Source: Acidobacteriota bacterium
GTDB lineage: Bacteria > Acidobacteriota > UBA6911 > JACQSX01
Reading direction: 5' to 3'
Assembly (NCBI GenBank): GCA_036507075.1
Contig: DASXQR010000046.1
Coordinates: forward strand, 1 to 28,748
DNA length: 28,748 bases
Below are positions 25,787 to 28,748 of the stretch, piece by piece. Numbering within the stretch: position 1 is the first letter of the stretch; every line of letters starts with the position of its first letter. A model generated the notes under the pieces. That model was not told where the DNA came from and did no database searches. It saw only the letters and a list, made by a program, of their open reading frames with translations. A program made the position numbers and the translations under genes.

Positions 25787-28748
25787 CTAGCGAATGGTCA
25801 CTGAAAAGCTCGATTCTGAACTAAGTATCTGCAGGTCTTCGATGAAGGGAGCGATGACGCCTCCACTTCGGAGAAATACCGGGTTGATTTCGTCGCCCTC
25901 AGGCTTGTTTTCGCCGCCGGCAATGGTGTCGACGGTTTTAAAATCTGCTCCCGTTAAGATGATTAGCAAAAGCGCGGGCGCATTGGAATCCAGCGCGCGG
26001 ATTCTAGGGTTGCTCGCGGAAGCGATCTCATTTAAGGCCGGGAAGTCGAAGTCCATCAACACTGCTACTCCCTTTTGCCGGTCTGCTGCGGCCAATACGC
26101 GTTGCCCATTGAACGTAAAGCTGCGCGTCTCAGTCGCGACCCCGCTGATTACGCTTGAAAAGTTTAGGGTTCCCGACAGGCTTCCAAAGGAGTTGGGAAC
26201 CATGCTTCCGATGTCAAAGAACACACGATCCAATGGGAGGAATTTGCCGTTAATCAATGTTGTACCGGCAAAGGTAAGATTTATCGTCAGCGAAGCTGTT
26301 TCGGTTTTACCGACATCAAAACCTTCCAGATGCTTAACCACCAGCTTACTACTGCCGGAAATGGTAATCGTCACCTTGCCGCCGGTCAGGTCCGGATCCA
26401 CGACCGGCACGATCGGTTCGGTTTGTGTGGTGTACAATTTGCTGACTTGTGTCTGCTGAATGCTGGTTTGGTCAGACACTGAAATCGATGCTTGATTTGG
26501 ATCATCTGCAAGATTATTTCCCTGAGGCAGAAAAGCGAGGTCCCTCGGAGCATTCAAATTGGAAAGGAAGACCAGTGGAGCCGGGCTGATCTGTGGAGCA
26601 ATGCACAGCACCCTATTACCTCCTTCTTCTACGACAAACAAGGTGATGCCGTTGGGACAACGCATTCCCCTGCGCCGCAGGATCAGAATCTCAGTCGGCT
26701 TCACCAGGCCCGATGCCACGACGCGAGTTTGTCCAGCCAAAACGCCGATCAGATTCCCGTTCGGGTCGGTAAAGAAAATCTCCCCGGTGCACGTGTCGAC
26801 CGCGACTCCTTGTGGAGCACTGGCGGCTACAATCCGGCGAACCTCGGGGGCATTTGTTTTTGTCGAATCCAATTGAGATCGCGGAGTGATCTGAATCTGA
26901 TTTGCTCCTTGCTCGGCCACGGCAAGGTCCCCTGTATCGGTGAACGCCATGGAAGTCGGCTGCAGCAGTCCGGTAATGATCGGAACCAGAGCCGGCGGGG
27001 TAGCGTTTGGATCCAAGCGGTAGATTCTCCCTGTGTCAAAGCCCGCCAGCAGCAAGATTTCCTTCCCGGTTCGATCAACGAACGGAAGGATTTTTTCCAC
27101 CGTTTCGTCGACGTTGATAAGGAGTTGCTGAGCCGTCCCCTTAAGTTCCGAGATTCTTGTTGATCCTCCGCTGGTGACTTCTTTGCTGAGTCCTTGTTGT
27201 TCGGCTAAAAAGAATCGCTTGCTTGACGTAAGATAGGCGACAGCCCGCACTACCGATAAGCCGCTGGCCAGAGTGTTCCTTTCGATGATGTCTACAGTGG
27301 CCCCCGTCTTTTGGCTGCCATCCGCGGCCGTGGCCACCAGACTTACGGTGCGTGATTCGGGCGGCCTGTCAGGCGCAGTGAACAGCCCGGTCGCCGCATT
27401 GACTGCGCCGGGCGATCCCGTTCCGGCAGCAGCGTCCACAGACCAGGTCACATTGGTGATTCCGCTGGCTTGGAACTGCTGCGTTGTTTTCGTCTCCAGC
27501 ACAGCCATCGGAGGAAGAACTTTCAGGTTGGGAATCGAGGCAGCAGGATTCAGGTCCGTCTGAATCGGTTGAGGCGGCACATTGGCCAGTGCCGTCAGGC
27601 TTGCCGTGCCGAACACTTCAGTGGCGATGACGGGCACATCCGATCGAAGAAGAATATAACCACCCGCCACTCCTTCGGCCGCCGGCACCCATTCGCGCAG
27701 TACTTTACTTTGACGCTGGTTGGGTTTGAGCGCCTGTTTCGTTCTGCCGCGCAGCGAACCATCGGCGTTGAGTGAAAAGACTTCAACATTAGCGGTAAGA
27801 GCGCTGGCATTCAGGACCGCCAGTCCGGTAAAAAATCCTGCTGCTTCCGCCTGATGGGAGAAGACGGCCCGAGTCACCGGCGTGTGCTGCGCCGCTACGA
27901 CGGCGCGGGTGGGATTGGAACGGGTGCCGTAGGCGATAAATCCGGTCAACCCTGCATCATTTGCCTCTACTTGGAGCCAGCCGGCCTGGGTGACATCCTG
28001 CCGAAAACCAAAGACTTCAGCCGCCGAGGTTTTCAGAATAGCCCGGGGTGATAATGTGCGCTGCACCGTGTTGTTTGTCAAAGCCGGAGGGACAAACAAC
28101 GCGCCATTCTCCTGGAAAGCCCGAAATGTCAGGATCAGGGGCGTATCACTCAGGCTCAGCACTGTGATTTCCGAAGACCAGTCACCTCCGTCGACCAGTT
28201 GTGGAAAATTCAACAGGCGCGATTGGGCAACCGTCCGTTGCGCGCCCAAAACGGCCAGCGAAGGGCGCTGAGCGTCCTGTACCAGGGCATCGGCTGCCAG
28301 AGCAGTGTCGGATTTTAGATTCAGATACGCCGTGTCAGGAGAACGATTGGGAAAAAGTTCGCTCGCTGTTCCCTGCAGCGCCGCCTTTGCGGCAAGCGGC
28401 GGCAAGTTGGAAGTCCCCGCCACTGTGCCATCGGCCCTGCGGAATTCCACGCTGATGTTGGCCACCGCGTCTCCAGGATTAACGATCCTCAGATCAGTGC
28501 TGATGCCCGCGCCTTCATCCAGCAGCAAAAATACAAAAGTAGTTAGACCGGCCGAAGGATCCGAACCGTCCAGCGTCTGCAGCGTGTTGTCTCCCTGCAG
28601 ATAAAACCCGGTCAGTCCGCTCACCGGACTGGTGGCCTGCAGCCAGAGGCGCACCGGTTGGGTGCTGTTTATCAGCTCGGGCGTTGCGCCAAAGATATCC
28701 CGATCACTCAGCAGAAATGCTCTTTGCCGTCGAGCCGAGATAGTCACC
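25787..28748 (-). CDS. Large extracellular/surface protein, 5'-truncated by the window
   Basis: Open for 986 codons; repeated beta-sandwich modules (FPQLVDGG..., FSHQA...FFTGLAVLN), Ig-like segment (QQFQASG...VTWSV...GLFTAP), NHL-like propeller repeats. Confidence 0.85.
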   Translation of the reverse strand, partial: VTISARRQRAFLLSDRDIFGATPELINSTQPVRLWLQATSPVSGLTGFYLQGDNTLQTLDGSDPSAGLTTFVFLLLDEGAGISTDLRIVNPGDAVANISVEFRRADGTVAGTSNLPPLAAKAALQGTASELFPNRSPDTAYLNLKSDTALAADALVQDAQRPSLAVLGAQRTVAQSRLLNFPQLVDGGDWSSEITVLSLSDTPLILTFRAFQENGALFVPPALTNNTVQRTLSPRAILKTSAAEVFGFRQDVTQAGWLQVEANDAGLTGFIAYGTRSNPTRAVVAAQHTPVTRAVFSHQAEAAGFFTGLAVLNASALTANVEVFSLNADGSLRGRTKQALKPNQRQSKVLREWVPAAEGVAGGYILLRSDVPVIATEVFGTASLTALANVPPQPIQTDLNPAASIPNLKVLPPMAVLETKTTQQFQASGITNVTWSVDAAAGTGSPGAVNAATGLFTAPDRPPESRTVSLVATAADGSQKTGATVDIIERNTLASGLSVVRAVAYLTSSKRFFLAEQQGLSKEVTSGGSTRISELKGTAQQLLINVDETVEKILPFVDRTGKEILLLAGFDTGRIYRLDPNATPPALVPIITGLLQPTSMAFTDTGDLAVAEQGANQIQITPRSQLDSTKTNAPEVRRIVAASAPQGVAVDTCTGEIFFTDPNGNLIGVLAGQTRVVASGLVKPTEILILRRRGMRCPNGITLFVVEEGGNRVLCIAPQISPAPLVFLSNLNAPRDLAFLPQGNNLADDPNQASISVSDQTSIQQTQVSKLYTTQTEPIVPVVDPDLTGGKVTITISGSSKLVVKHLEGFDVGKTETASLTINLTFAGTTLINGKFLPLDRVFFDIGSMVPNSFGSLSGTLNFSSVISGVATETRSFTFNGQRVLAAADRQKGVAVLMDFDFPALNEIASASNPRIRALDSNAPALLLIILTGADFKTVDTIAGGENKPEGDEINPVFLRSGGVIAPFIEDLQILSSESSFSVTIR

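Overview
Accessory, defence-rich bacterial region (repeat style and the last gene suggest Acidobacteriota; inference). From left to right: two decayed oxidoreductase fragments around a small inverted-repeat element, then an MqsR-like / MqsA-like / KGGVGR-type ParA ATPase-TPR operon (1128-3831) with twin palindromic operators. Next is an integron-type cassette array with no integrase in the window: attC-like sites at 4119-4215, 13273-13334, 14075-14154, about 14595-14651 and 15446-15511. The main finding is that one apparent cassette is about 9.1 kb (4210-13328) and holds a complete overlapping operon hsdM-hsdS-kwaA-kwaB-hsdR-M48 peptidase, with perfectly complementary core sites (GTTATGCAG / CTGCATAAC). 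Smaller cassettes carry a putative HhH-glycosylase-like protein, a decayed DUF4258-type TA pair whose antitoxin looks split between the two ends of the array, and a membrane protein with a nonsense mutation. The right half has a Schlafen/AlbA_2 protein, a duplicated 3' end of an MBL hydrolase gene, a Fic gene between 50-bp direct repeats, a DUF2283 TA remnant, vapBC, REP/REPIN-like palindromes, a flavin amine oxidase, a membrane protein and a large partial surface protein. All family calls come from motif recognition by eye; no searches were run.
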